Positions 37,671 to 51,060 of a stretch of 64,000 nucleotides of DNA are shown in pieces. The DNA lies in NCBI RefSeq assembly GCF_009834535.1, contig NC_045698.1, positions 2,916,001-2,980,000 on the forward strand. Reading direction: 5' to 3'. This stretch comes from Camelus ferus. Lineage: Eukaryota. Under the pieces are notes generated by a model. It was given only the letters and a program-made list of their open reading frames with translations, ran no database searches and was not told the origin of the DNA. Made by a program: the position numbers and the translations under genes. Each line of letters starts with the position of its first letter. Within the stretch, counting starts at the first letter, position 1.

Positions 37671-39599
37671 GAGACTAATACATAACTAGAACCAGAATTG
37701 CATTCTTCACCAGGTGGGCAGACAGGTGCAGGTGTGCAGATGGGTGCAGGTGTGCATTGACACAGGTGTCGCTGAGTCTGATTTCTACTGCAGCCCTCTG
37801 ACCCTCTAACCCCAGGGAAAGGAGTTTGCAGATCTGGTGTCCTTTTCTCAAAGAATGGACTTTACACTGTGTCGTACTTTGTGGTGACTTTTTAACAAAC
37901 ATCTGGATAAGCTGACTGGAAGAATACTTTGTCAACGATCAGAAATTATCAAGTTTAAATGACATAACTCATATTAGCTTTGAACTCAATGATGTATTTG
38001 TGGCTTTTGGCCATTTTCTGAATGAATGTCTCACCAAACAGAAGCTAACATCCCCCGTGACTAAGCAGCAGATTGTAGACCCCTGTTCTTAGGTTTGGAT
38101 ACAGGCGTGTGTGGCTGCAGACTGGCCGATCTTTCAGACTCACATTAAAGGACAGGAACAAAACTGACACACAAAGGAAATGGAATGTATTTTGATAAAA
38201 GTCCTTTGACCATGTGAAAAGACATTCTTCACAGGAAGAATAAATGATAAGAAAGCCCATTGGAGTCTAGTTCTGACTCTGGTTCTTGCATGCTGTCCCT
38301 GGACGAGACAGAAGAGCAGCAGAACGACTCCCTCCAGGACCGAGTCATCAGTTCTGCTCATCAAAATCAAAACGGAGGCAGCCCAAGCATTCTGCAAGTT
38401 TAGGTTAGTGCGAGATGGTCGTTTCCGCTCAAGAAATCAACTCTGGCATGTGGTTCCTTCCCAGATTAAAAGTGAGGTGAGTATCAAAAGAAAATTATAA
38501 CCATAAAGTGACCATTTGGAATTTAGTGCAATGGAACCATTATTTACAACGTGCGTGGGGGCCCCTTAAAAAGCTTACAGACATTTTCAGTGACCTTCAT
38601 GTATAAAATTAAAACCTCTAATATGGCTACGCATTCACAGCAATGACTCCTAATGACTGATAGCACTATACAGTGTCGTGTAAACACACACACTCACACT
38701 GAGTGTGTGACGTGAATTGAGTGAAATAATCCATTGCCGGTGGTTCTAACACCTACATTTATGTCTGTGGGCTGCTTTCTCTTAGGAAAGAGGTAAAATC
38801 AAATTACACTACTCTTAAGTTACCAGACTTTAAAAGTATTTTAACTTTCCTTCAGAATCAGTATTACAGGCAAAGTTATTTAACTTTTAATTAATTCATC
38901 ATTAATTAACAATTAAATTATAATGGGGTATTTAATTTTCCCACTGTAATTTCCACAAAAATTGCAAATTAAATATAATAGCTATTAAGTCTTCTATATT
39001 TTCGAACAATGGCTAGATTTGGCTGAACTGGGGCAGAATTGGATGCTGGAGGATCCTGACTTGGAAACAACAAGGGCCTGTCACAATTCCCGTAAATTAT
39101 TTTCATCCTTGTAATCTGAAGACTAAGATTTGATGCAGCTTTTGGGCTCTTTTTCCCACTGACGTTGACTATGTGTTAATAACTTACCCAAATGTTCAGA
39201 CAGATGAAAAGTCGCTACCTTGCAATTACAGTGCCGTCTGAGCTGTTTTCTGACCCCCCTGGGACTCCGGATTGCCTCTAAGCCAGCGGGGATGGCACTG
39301 GGTCCCCCACTGCTGGGGGCAGAGGCTAGCTGCCGTCCACGTGCTGCGACCACGGCCTACACTGATGGGCTGCTCGCTGCCCCGAGACAGGCTCTGCTCC
39401 AGACACTCAGATTCATCCAGGGACAACCTCCCGGCACGGGGAGGCTGACACGGGACAGCCACTGTAATCCCTAAGTACAGTTTAGTGCGATCCTTTTAGG
39501 GCTTGAGAAGCGCTCTGGAATAAAGCGAAAATGGAACACTCTCAGGAAGACTGGGGCTGAGGGGCTGGGCTGAAGGCGCGAGGTTGAAGGATAGTGGAT

Positions 39600-41280
39600 G
39601 AGGGGTCCTCCTCGAGAAGGCGACAGTGGGACAACCACGTGGCCCTGAAGACATCGGGCGGAAGCATGTCCAGGCCCCGCGAACAGCCAGTGCAAAGGCC
39701 CGCAGGCAGGGGTCCGCCCAATCGCGGAAGCCGGAGCCGCCGCCGCAGAGCGCGGGTGGAGGAAGTGGCGTCAGAGACATAAGGTGGGCGCTGTCCTCGG
39801 TCCTCAGCTGGATCTGCTGTCGCCCTCGCCCGCCGCTTGCCGTCCCACAGGCCACGTCCACGCGGCCCTGCCCGCTGCTTCTTTCTGGATTCCTGTCTCC
39901 ACTCAGCAGCTGAGGACACCGTCCACAGCTGCTCTGTCCTGAAGGCCGGGCCTCAGTCCCCGCTGCCCTCCTCCCGGGGCCGGCAGCCCTCCTGCAGCGC
40001 AGCACGTGCCCCGCCACAAGGCTCTCCCGCGCACCTGCTCACGCCTTTTGAGAATCGTCCTCTGATGGCAGCCTCCTCAAACTATTGCCGTCTGACTGCG
40101 GCCTGCGGCCTGCGGGGCCCGACTGACCGACCGACCGACACAGACGGGGAACCGCACGGGGCCTCACGGCTCAGCCCCAGACTTTGACTCTTCCCCCAGA
40201 GAAGCGAAAACGGAGCCTGTTGCTGTGAGCGGAGACCGGACCTGATCTGAGGCTGACAAGGGCGGCTCCTTGAGGACAGACCGAGGGACAGGAGGGTGGA
40301 GGCGGTGCGCGGAGGAGGGGCGGGAGGCAGCCAGAGTCTGAGGCCCTGCGGCCGCTGGAGGGGGGACGGCCGAGGCCTTGCGGGCGCGCTGCGGGCGGAG
40401 GGCTGGCCCTGCCCGGGGTGTGTTTTGAACGCCTGAAGGTTTACGTGTGGGCTGTGAGAAGCACGCCGGGTGTTTTGACACGGGACCAGAAGGAGGAGCT
40501 CACCGTGCGTGGACACGGGAAAGGCTGTGGGACGGCAGGTTCTGTCGGGGGTCGGCGGGAGAGGCAGGGCGCCAGTTCGGGCGCGTGGAGGCTGCGGCAT
40601 CGAGGAGCCAGGACGGCTGAGGCCGTCCCTGTGCCTCTCTGGTCTCGGCCCTGCAGCTCCACACCTGCCGGGCTGAGGCCGACACGCCTGCCTCCTGGAG
40701 CGCCCTTGACCTACCCTCGCGCCCCAGGCTGGAGCCTTTGGGACATGGCTCCGTCTGCCTGGGCCACTCCCAAGCGGCTCTGCCCGCTCTCCGCCCGAGG
40801 GCTTGCTCAGATGGCGTCTCCTCACCTCGTTTTCCTTCCCGGCCTGTGCAAATTGCATGCTCTTTTCAGATTTCCCTGGTATCGCTCCAGCTGCGCTTTT
40901 CGCATAATATTTAGCACCGCCTCATGTGTGACGTGGGTTTTACTGCTTTGTGGTGCTTACTTTCTGTCTCAGGAAAGCGGCCTTTTTGTTCTGTGTGGGC
41001 CTGTGTTTTGGTCTTTTCCCCTCATTGCTTTATATTTAATGGCGAGACCCGCGACCAGACACAGGACGGACGCTCGAGGGACACTTGAGGAGGAAGGCGC
41101 AGACGGCGGCCGCAGCCTGTCACCACGCGCAGCCGTCTGGGGACCGGCGGGCCTGTGACTCCCGCCAAGGCAGCGCTCGTGGGTGAGCCGCACCCGGGAG
41201 CCGCCCGAGGCCGGCCCTGCGGACGGCGAAGCGAAGGCGCTGCGGCCCGGCCTCACAGACGCGGCGGGCAGCCGGCTCCA
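39600..41280. promoter_or_regulatory. CpG island with promoter-like motif cluster at about 39710-39775
   Basis: CpG-rich over 1.7 kb. Adjacent GC box (ccgccc), CCAAT, ETS-like cggaag and ggaagtg, and half-CRE cgtca. Confidence 0.75.
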
Positions 41281-43592
41281 TGCAGAGGAGGGGGCCCAGT
41301 GGGGATGCCTTTCTTTTCTCTGCATCCTCTTGATTCTTTCAAGCTTCATCTGCCCGCTGACATTGAGTCCACGTGCCTTCAGGGGGGAACTAAAACTTTC
41401 TCCAGGTGCTCTTGTCAATTTTGTTGGCGATCATGTTTTTATCCAATTTGGACATATTTTTTTTTATTAGTGCAAGGAGCCCAAAGTAAAGGTTCTTAAA
41501 GTTTATCTAACAGTTGCACAGTCTTGTCAGATAAGATCAGGCGCAGAATCTGCTTATTCCAAATGGGAGGGTGATACAGGAGTCTTCCCCTTTCTCCTTC
41601 TTGCATCATTTTTGTTGAGGTTCAAAGTTTTCCATCTTAAATTCTTAGGTTTTCTCATCACTGGTATGATCGGAATGCAGTCAGAAATGTAACAAATGCA
41701 TAACTTGTTCTTGGCAATTTTTATGGTGTTTTGCATCAGTTAAAGAGGATGCTCGCAGTGTCTGGGGCACCTGATGAAGATCAGAGGGCAGCACCCCCTC
41801 CAGGAAATACACTCGACCTTGAACCAGTCCCAGTATCACCGGGTAATGCTTACTAACACAGGGAAAAGCTGATGGACCATTTCCTAAGAAAACTCCCAGG
41901 AAATAAAGAATTGTTGGCAGATATTAAAGTGTAATTTTAACCTAAATTATTTAAATTGATATCTGCTTTACAATAAAAAATGAAAGTCTCCATCGAACCA
42001 GTGACGACACATTCATTCACCAGCAAATTCAGGTTCTTCCGTCTCCTCCTGGGCACCCAAACCACTCACAGGACAAACGACAGTTAAGGAGGCAACTGAC
42101 GGCCGCATCTGGGGCCGCGTTACCGCAGTGTTGGTTGTTCCATTTCAATAGCACAGAGCAACTGGGCGAACTTCTAGGAAGCTATCTCCAAAAATAACAA
42201 GGTTGAAATTTGACCTCTGCCTCTCGCGTCCTTCCATCTTTTGAGAGTTAAGCACAACAGAGTGGTGAAGAACGCTAATAGCGTTTCCCTTAATCTCACG
42301 TACAAAGTAGCTACATTTTTTCCCATAAGATTAATGCGGTGAGTTCATGTAAAGGTTATGCGCTCAGCAAAAACCTGGCAGGAAAATTAGGAACACATTT
42401 AACATTATTTGTCATTAAAAATTACACCCTGTCTGATTTTTTTTTGATTGCTGAGTTCTGATTGTTGAATTGCTTGCCAAGGAGCAGAACTCAAGAGCTT
42501 CGAGAAAATTTTTTAAAAAGAAAGAAAGAAAAAATAATAAAGAAAAAGAAAAAAATCAGTTCAAATTGGATAGATGGAAACAGGAATGTAAAAATATAAC
42601 ATGTTTAATAAATATTTTACGTACAAAACTGTGAAAACAGCTAAGATACGACACTATTAGTGTCACTGAGATAATGGATACGTGTGACTAGATTACGGCC
42701 CCAGTAGCTGGTGAATTATGCAAAGAACTACCCAGTAAAATATCTGCGTGCCCAAGCGTTATAGTGCGAATGAGACATACTTGTGTTTCAAATTGTGTTG
42801 TTAGTCTAATAAAAATAATATCAAGCAATTTAAATAGGACAGAGAGGAGAAACAAGACATTGGTATCAATTGCTGAGCTCTCCATTGCTGTGTGGGCACC
42901 CAGTGATAATGGCGACAGGATTCGCAGCAATGTAAGGAAAAGACAAGGTGCCCCAGAGCTGTGAGCACTTCTCCCCAGGCTTCTGCTTAAGGACAAGAGA
43001 CAGGATTGTCAACATCTGTTGCAATTGCTTGTTCTCCGTCATTCTGTAGCACTGTTCAGGGCAGACCCAGTGGAACCCCCTTTGGGAGTAAAAGTTAAAG
43101 ATAACCATTATGTTATGAAGGCTGAATATCAGTGTTCAAAATCTTCATTTTTGCTGGAGTCCAAAACCATTTATTGATTAAAAAACTAAAAAAGTAATAA
43201 GCTATGTTTGTAGTTGAAAATAATGCTTGATAATTTATTAAAACCAACATGCAGACAAAACTAGAGTAGGAGTGACAGTTGGAAGACAGGAACTTTAACT
43301 TGCATTTTCTGGAGCAGTATTTGATCCCAGATTAGGTTACTTCCCCAAATTTCACCAGCAGATGAGTCAGGACAACTTTGCGTTTGGAGACAATTGAATT
43401 TAAGGTTCCCCTCCTAGAACCCACTTGTCTGTCTGCTTTTCCTTCTTCAGACTTTCTGCTCACCTGTGACGGAAGCTTGCTTTCCCTTTTGGGGATGCTC
43501 TGAAAACATGTAGCTTGTTCTCTTTAATTTTGTGGGGCTATCAGCTGACTTTCCTCTGCATATAAGCTGTTTTTTTTCCCTCTCATTCTTTC

Positions 43593-44093
43593 TGTTATGG
43601 GCTGAAGGGTGCCCCACAAAGAGGTGTGTTGAAGTCCATCACCAGGTACCTGTGAACATGACCTTATTTGGAAACGTGGTCTTTGCAGACGCCATCAGGT
43701 TAGCATGAGGTCATAGTGCATTTTGGTGAGCCCCACATTACAGGAAACGTGTCCTCCTAAGAAGGACGTGTAGAGACCCAGATGCCAGGGAGGGCTGCAC
43801 GTGCTGAGGGGGCAGAGACCTGAGGCACACAGCTGCGAATCACGGGAGGACAAGGATGTCGGAAGCCACCAGAAGGGAGGAGACCTGGAGCTTCCAGAAG
43901 GATCCAACCAGCAACCCTTCACTGCAGACTTCGGAAGCCACCAGAAGGGAGGAGACCTGGAGCCTCCAGAAGGATCCAACCAGCAACTCTTCACTGCAGA
44001 CTTCTGGCCTCTAGAACAGTGAGAATAAATTCATGTTGTTCTAAGCCACCCACTTTGTGACACTTGTTATCGGGGCCACAGGAAACTCAAACA
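43593..44093 (+). mobile_element. MaLR solo LTR (MLT1B/C-like) containing a 72-bp tandem duplication
   Basis: TGTTATGGGCTGAA start, tgaccttatttggaaa, AATAAA at 44024, ends ggaaactcaaACA. Confidence 0.85.
43859..44004 (+). repeat. 72-bp direct tandem duplication (2 copies, 2 mismatches)
   Basis: tcggaagccaccagaagggaggagacctggagc... begins at both 43859 and 43931. Confidence 0.95.
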
Positions 44094-46361
44094 CCTGCTG
44101 CTCCCCAAAGCCTACACCAGAGGGGGTCACAGTGGTCCACTGTCATCCCTGAGGGAAACAGTCCACCCAGGTTGGAGGGGACACACCAACGCGAGGATGG
44201 AAGAAAAGGGGCAAACTGTGGGGAGAAGAAGGAAAAAGGTTGTAACTCATAAACGTGTACAAGTATGAAGACATGACTTTGAAGTAGTAATGGAGGAAAA
44301 CACAGAAGAAAAAGCTTTCCTCTTAAATTGAAGAATAAGTCTAAAATGTAACATGCCAGATGCAATGTCTACAAAATGTTATTTTATTATCCAACAACCA
44401 AGGAAAAATAGGGGAAATTAGAATTTTCCTTGAACTAAAGTCACATATATGTACTTATTTCCATATTTAAAAAAAATTACACAGTTGAGAAAGGTTTCTA
44501 GAAATTGTATATGGGGGACTATGTTTTATGACTCTGTTATAATAAAAGTGCAATTAATCTGAAACCTATGATTAAAACATGAAAACTGAAGAGCATATCA
44601 AATATTGTTAGAGAATAAAGCAGATTTTGTTCATTATATTCATGCTGTTAAACTATTACCCAGTGTTGAGCACGACTCCTCGTGTTTCACAGTGCTTTTC
44701 CACAAAGTAACTTAAATTGAAGTGATATTGATGACAGTCTCTTTGGTCTGAACCTGCAGTCAGAAATCTCTTTCCTAATTCTGATTTCCTCCCTGATTAA
44801 TGTGCAAAGTGCAGGGATTCACAGCATCTTGTCTCCTCAAATCCTCTCTCTGTCAAAGAGGGAAAAGAGAGCTTCACCACGTCACCTGCATTCTGCTTCT
44901 GACTTCTAGAGATGTTGAGAGGATAAAGCGATCACACATGCAAAAGTCTTGAAGCGCCTCAGAAGTAAGCTAATTTGCCTACTTAGAAGGTTTGTTGAGA
45001 GGATAAAGGGAACTTGAATTTCTGTGAAGTGTTGTGAGCGTCTCTGAAGACAGGAAGCCTGTATATTCAGTTACTCTCATCCTGTGTGTTAATATGCAGG
45101 AGAGTTCAATTCAAGTGTATCTATTCTCATTTTGAAGCAATGAGAAAAGTCCTTCCCTTCTTAGATCTGCAGCTCCTCTTGTGATTGTGCCAAATAAGTT
45201 AATCCTCTGGTTACTGATGTCATTAAATTTCCACTTGAAATAGAGATGGTAAGACAGGCTTTAGCTGTGAATTTGATAGCACTGCTAACAGAATTCGCTT
45301 GTGATATTCGCCTAAAAATAAAAACAGGGAAAAGCAGATGCTCTTTTTTTGTAGCATCGTTGTCAAAAGTTTCACCAGTGTGCCCTGCTGGGGTCCTCCT
45401 CTGAGTGATAGGGGCATTGGACTGGCCGCTGGCCATCTGTGCACTCCCAAGCACCTGCTCTGCTCAAAGTAGAGGCAGCCCCTCTTTGATTACTCAGTCA
45501 CATCCCAGTCTGACTCCAGTCTGATCCCGAGTCCTTGGCTGCTTCTGGGATTCCTCAATCCCAGCCTGTCCTCAACAATTCTGCCCGTCTGTTTTTTTTT
45601 TTTTTTTTCCTTTCATTCAACTAACTCAAGAAAGTCTCTTCCAACATCCCTTCCTCTTTGCATTGACCAGAGTCCTGCCTGGCTGCTGAACATGATGGGA
45701 AATGATCAGTCTCCTTCCCTGGCAGCCTGTGGTACCTCCAGTCATTCAAGTCCCTGACTGCTCTATCTGATCTAGCTTGAGCCCACCCCCACCACCTACT
45801 GTCACTCCGGTGACACAGGGCAGCCTGACCCAACCCACCCCAGACCTGGTCCTGGTGGGCACACCCACCTGTCCTGGGCTACTTCCCTTGGTTGAACCCT
45901 AGTTTCAGGATCAATTCAGGCAGGAGCCAACTCCTTGCCTTAAATCGCTTTGGAATTTATTATAGAGTGGTTATAAAAATGGGAAGATGTTGCTGGAAGA
46001 ACAGGTTCTTCTTTCCTTCCTGTCACAGAACCAAGACACATAGTTCCTCACTCTCCGCTAGCATTTTGATCACAGAAATCAGTACACAATAAGGATGGCG
46101 GATGACTTTGCACACACTCTTGACAGTTACCAGTGTAAACTTCATCCACTGGGAACCACCTCCTATTGTGGTTCACATGTAATGGATAAGAAAACACGAA
46201 CAATAATCACTGAGGGAAGAAATAATGGAAAATATACACCACTTATCTTTAAGTTTGGAAAAAAATTCCATATTCCCAGTGAATGTATCTTAGTGTTACT
46301 GTATTTAAAATATCACTAAACAAACTAGAACTTGAAAATATTTTAATAGACAATGACATGA

Positions 46362-46444
46362 ACACACACACACACACACACACACATACACAAACACACA
46401 CACACACGCACACACACACACACACATACACACACACACACACA
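46362..46444. repeat. Interrupted (CA)n microsatellite
   Basis: Read directly from the sequence. Confidence 0.95.
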
Positions 46445-46864
46445 GATTTCAAAATGTTTTGAAGAAAATTTAAAATATTAGACCTGAAAAGAACCATTTG
46501 ACTATGAGACAGTAACACCCAGTTTGTGGCACAGACTGTGACGGAAATGCCAGGACCAGCCCAAGGGAAGACTGGAAAAACTCAAAACCTTCTTTAGATG
46601 CCACCCACTTCCATAATGAAAATCTTTCCCCAGCCCAATCCCATCGTCTTATTTTTCCCTTTCCACTATTATCAGCTCAGTGTTTCTGATGAACTAACAT
46701 GATTAATTTCTTCCTCTTTCTGCCTCTTTTTGTCAAATTTTAGGCCTTTCTCCTGGAATCAGCTTTATGAACAATTGGCTATAAACTTTTGCTTGAGCTC
46801 ATCCTACTAGATATAATCACGATTCTTCCTCATTTCCATCATATTCTATAAGGAAATATCAGAG

Positions 46865-47090
46865 GTAGAATAAAATGAGGTTAAAGCAGACAGATCTTGG
46901 TTCAAATTCACATCTGCAACTTACGAGCTGGTGAGCGTGAGCTAGTCGCCTGAACTGTGTTTTTATCGCCTCACCTGTGGATTGTGTATAATAATGTCTA
47001 ATTTACACAGTTCTTAAAACAATTCAGTGAGGTAGGTTACATAAAACATTTAAGCGGGTGCCTGTATATAAGAAGCCTTCAGCAATGACC
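46865..47090 (+). mobile_element. MIR SINE
   Basis: agcagacagatcttggttcaaattc...acttacgagctg...ctcacctgtgg...ataatgtcta. Confidence 0.7.
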
Positions 47091-47789
47091 TTATTTTCAT
47101 AATCATCTTATTGCTGTGGTGTACACTCCTCATTCAAATTATAGCTTATTGTCCCCCTGTCCACATAATTTCTATTAGCTTTTTCCTGCTAAAATTTCAC
47201 TGAAAAGGAGGACTGTGGATTATCCACCATTTTGTCTGCCGAAGCGTGACCTTGTTGCCTTTTGAGAGAATGCGTGGCTGTGTAACACGGCATGGCATGA
47301 TAAGAGAGCTTCCCTACTGAAGAAATAAGTAAACCAAGACCCGACCACACGTGTCTGAGACACCACCCAGTCCTGAATCGGGATCGTGAGACTCACACAT
47401 GCCAAATCATGTCCTGGGGGCTCCCTGGCAAGAACTGTAATTATCATCTGTCTGTACCATAGGAGCTTTGTTCCTTTAGTTAACACCTAACAAAAAGGGG
47501 ATGAAGTCAGGCTTGGGGACAGTCATGGGCTCAAATATTTCTCAAAATTTCTCTTTCCTAAAGTTACATGGTTTGTTTCAGACTTGTCATTCAGAGTCTC
47601 TTCCCACTGACCGCCCCGCATGACGATTGTGGGCGTAAACGCGCGTGAGTGTGTGACTGAGGATACGCAGTTGGGACCTGCTAGCAACAAGGAAGCGGTG
47701 TTGATTATTGGGGCAGAGCATGTCCCCAAATCGAGTAGCTTTTTCCTCCCCTGTAATCACCCCTCCCCCAAACTCACTGGCTTAAACAG

Positions 47790-48190
47790 TAATCATTGCT
47801 TCAGACCCATGTGTCTGAGCATTGTTTACAGAGGTTTGGCGCAGCTGTTGACTCTTCCGTAGATCAGCCAGGCCTGGCATTTCCCTTCGGGTTTGGCTCA
47901 GGTCTGCAGCAAATAGGTTCTTCCTGGGCACAGGCTGGGGGGTGGTGGTGGTAAATACCCAAGGGATGCTTTTCCTGTGATGAATGGTATTTTCTTGCAT
48001 TGCCTCTAGAAATATTCCCTTGGCCCATGTGAGTCTCATTGTCTGGGCACCAAACCAAGGACAGGGGAAGCATTCTCTGTCCACCATATTAACACTCACC
48101 TTGTTAATCCTTTGTGTGAGACCAGCACAAAACACACAGCCAAGCTCAGTATAAACGGGGCATGGAGGCTGAAGGGGTTGGAAGTGTGAA
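47790..48190 (-). mobile_element. Old MaLR (MLT1-type) LTR fragment
   Basis: aatcattgcttcagaccc...tttggctcaggtctgcagc...ttcccttggcccatgtga. Confidence 0.45.
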
Positions 48191-49253
48191 TATTTCTGAA
48201 CAATTACGCAATCAACCACATGCCCAAAGAGTAATGAATTGTTTAAATACTCAGCTTTGAGCATCAGAAAATGCAAGAAAAGTACCTATAAACCCAAAGG
48301 CTACTGTCTTTAGAGAGAGAGGATGTCTATGACAAAGTTAGACTATAATCTTACTCCTTTGATTTATTTTTTCATATATCTGAAGGCATACTGAATTCTA
48401 TTCTGTATAACATAAAGAAGTTATAATTCCATATGATCCCTATTATTTCCCATTTATATTTCTCTTTTCTTGAATTTGAAAAGAAGATAATGTTCAATGG
48501 ACTTGGGTTTTAAGTAAAGGGATTAGTTCTTCCGTAGCTAAATATTGAAGTAAATCCATTTGAATCTTGATTGAGACGTTCTGAAGGAGAGTAGGGAGTT
48601 GTATACCACAAGGATGGATTAATGTAAATTGATTTGTCCGAGGTTATTTGTTTAGATAATGGAGGTAATAGAAGGAGGGCCCAAGGTCTCAGGAACTGAT
48701 GCTCTGCGACATCCCATCCTGTCATCATGTTCAAAGCAGGTTCACATCAGGGCAACTCCATTTAGGCAGGGAAAATTCAATTAGGATCATATTGTGGATG
48801 GAAGACTCCCAGTGGGATTGGAGAAGAAGTATGGGGTTCTCATTGTCTTAAACTAAATGCTGACAAATGACATTTTTGGCCTTGTTTTGGGCTCCTTCCT
48901 GTGTGTGTTTTCTGTAATATTAATATAATAACGTTAATTAATCAAAGTGAGTTGTATTTTTATCATGTCTCATTCATATTTTTGCATATGTCTCTTCCTA
49001 GTTAGAAAATATTATGAATTGTGTTTTTACTGTAGGTCCCTTTTTTAGCATCTCTTAGTGTATGGATCCTTGTTTCTTGAATTGAGATATAGGTTTAACC
49101 ATGTTGCCCCAAACCTAATGATGTACTTAGAAGTCTATTATAGTCATGTGACTCTACATGGATAATAGTCCTGCTCTGTAATTTGATAAGTGAGAAAGTA
49201 TTTTATCACACATATGCTCACACATGTAATATCAATCATAGAGCAACAATTTA

Positions 49254-49315
49254 AATATATATATGTATATAAATATATATATATATAAATATATACACAC
49301 ACACACACACATATA
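49254..49315. repeat. (TA)n(CA)n compound microsatellite
   Basis: Read directly from the sequence. Confidence 0.95.
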
Positions 49316-50939
49316 TTTTCCAATTAGGTGCTTCTTGCAAATGGATTTCAATTCCCTGTACTCTAAAATAGTTTGTGAAAAGTAAATAAAAATAGTCAAG
49401 CTGAAAGAATGAGGTACATTTTTCCCCACAATCTTTGGTTTTAGAGACCATGGTGGTTCTTTTGATTGTTTGTTTTGTTTTTCCTTCTCAGAGTAACAAA
49501 TGGAATCATTGATTAAAACTTCAAAAACAAATAGAACCTCTAACAAATAGTATTCTGGAGACTTTCCATTTTGTTACTTTGACTCGCTATAAGTCACAAT
49601 GAAATAATACTAAGGGACAATCTGAGCCCCTAAGGGACACGAAACACATAGAAGACCAAAACACTTTCAAGGTGATTATTGAGATGGAGGAACAGGAGTG
49701 CACTGCTGCTCTGCTGGGATGCACGCAGCCCTCACTGCAGAGGAGCCGCTGTCACCCAAGGCAGATTCTTATCCCCTACAAGGATTCCTGATAATTGCAG
49801 TAGTTTTCCACCAAGGGCAACCCAGCCCTCTTCTGTGCCCATTATCCTTCATTTAAGTGGATCAAAAACCAAGCTCAGATGGCAATCACGTGGTTAAGTG
49901 TAAACCAGAGCCAAAGTCCACCAACCATCTTGAATATTTATAAGCTATTTCCAGCGACCAGAAGTAAAAAGTCTGAATGATAGCAAGACTGAAATTATGG
50001 AAATTTACAAGAACGATCAGAGTCGTCACCAGTACTGCTCCAGGAGGTGTCCTGGTGAAGCTGCTCTTGTGCCAGAAGTGTCTCTTTTTCCTGGTCCTTC
50101 TTTGACTTAAAAGGAAGGGATGTAAGTATGGTTTCCAAGGCAGCTGGGGGTAAATGACCATATTTTTGCCAACATCAGAAAACATTTTTCCTTCAGTCAC
50201 TTACAATGTGCTGGAGTTTACTGTCAGCTGTAAATGCAAATACAGATTTATTCCTCCTAAACATCGGTAACATCAACATCCGCTTGGCCACGCTGCCCCG
50301 AGCATGTGCTCCCTGATACTGTGTGCGTGTGCACGTGAGTGCGTGAGCGTGAGTGCATTGTGTGTGTGTGTGTGCCCGCGCATGTTTGCAGGCGGCTGTT
50401 TCCACTCTGTTCTGGAATATTGACTGGTCACTCTGCACCGAGCATGCGCTCCCTGACACTTGCAGCCGTCTGTCCACATCAGGAACTCTTGGCAACATCC
50501 TCTTTGATGCCCTGCTGCTGCCCCCCATGACGTGGAGGAAAGGGACTTTGGTACGACACCCTGTCTGTAAGCATCTCCCTTAATTCCTCACCCATAAGAA
50601 ATCATGGGTCATGAGAACTTGCTGAAGGCCTGAGGGTAACTGGTGGGAATCACTGCAGTTCATTTTCTGGGTCTCCGGAATTTACAACCATCTGTAGGTA
50701 TGATGGCTTTTACGCCCTGCGCTGGACAGAGCCGGGCCTTCATCTTTGGCTCCTCCTGACCACAGTCCCCCTCTGGAAGCCACCGCGGAGAGATTTGTTA
50801 AAATTTCCCTTTGGGGAAGGGGCTTGGTCTCTGATTAGAATCTTCCAGTCTAGCTCCGCTATTGAAGTTTCCCAAGAACTAACTGTTTCATTGACTATTG
50901 GATAAATATACGTTCAATAATATGTTGTGTCAGTGTGGC

Positions 50940-51060
50940 TGGCGAGACTAGATAATGGACCAGAGGAGGAAGAATAAAGAGTAGAATTAAAGATGATTCC
51001 TAGAATGTCAGCCTGAGCAGGTGACGGGGTGCCGGTACCATTCACTGAGGAAGAATATAG
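50940..51060 (-). mobile_element. LINE-2 fragment
   Basis: agaattaaagatgattcctag...gcctgagcag...gtaccattcactgag. Confidence 0.6.

Noticed and set aside
40082..41158. Overlapping long ORFs of 258 aa (-) and 246 aa (+)
   Set aside because: They lie in a GC-rich CpG island where stops are rare. Pro/Arg/Gly/Ala-biased, several frames open at once, no recognisable domain.
43859..44004. CRISPR-like or protein-repeat interpretation of the 72-bp duplication
   Set aside because: Eukaryotic DNA, only two adjacent copies with no spacers, inside a MaLR LTR.
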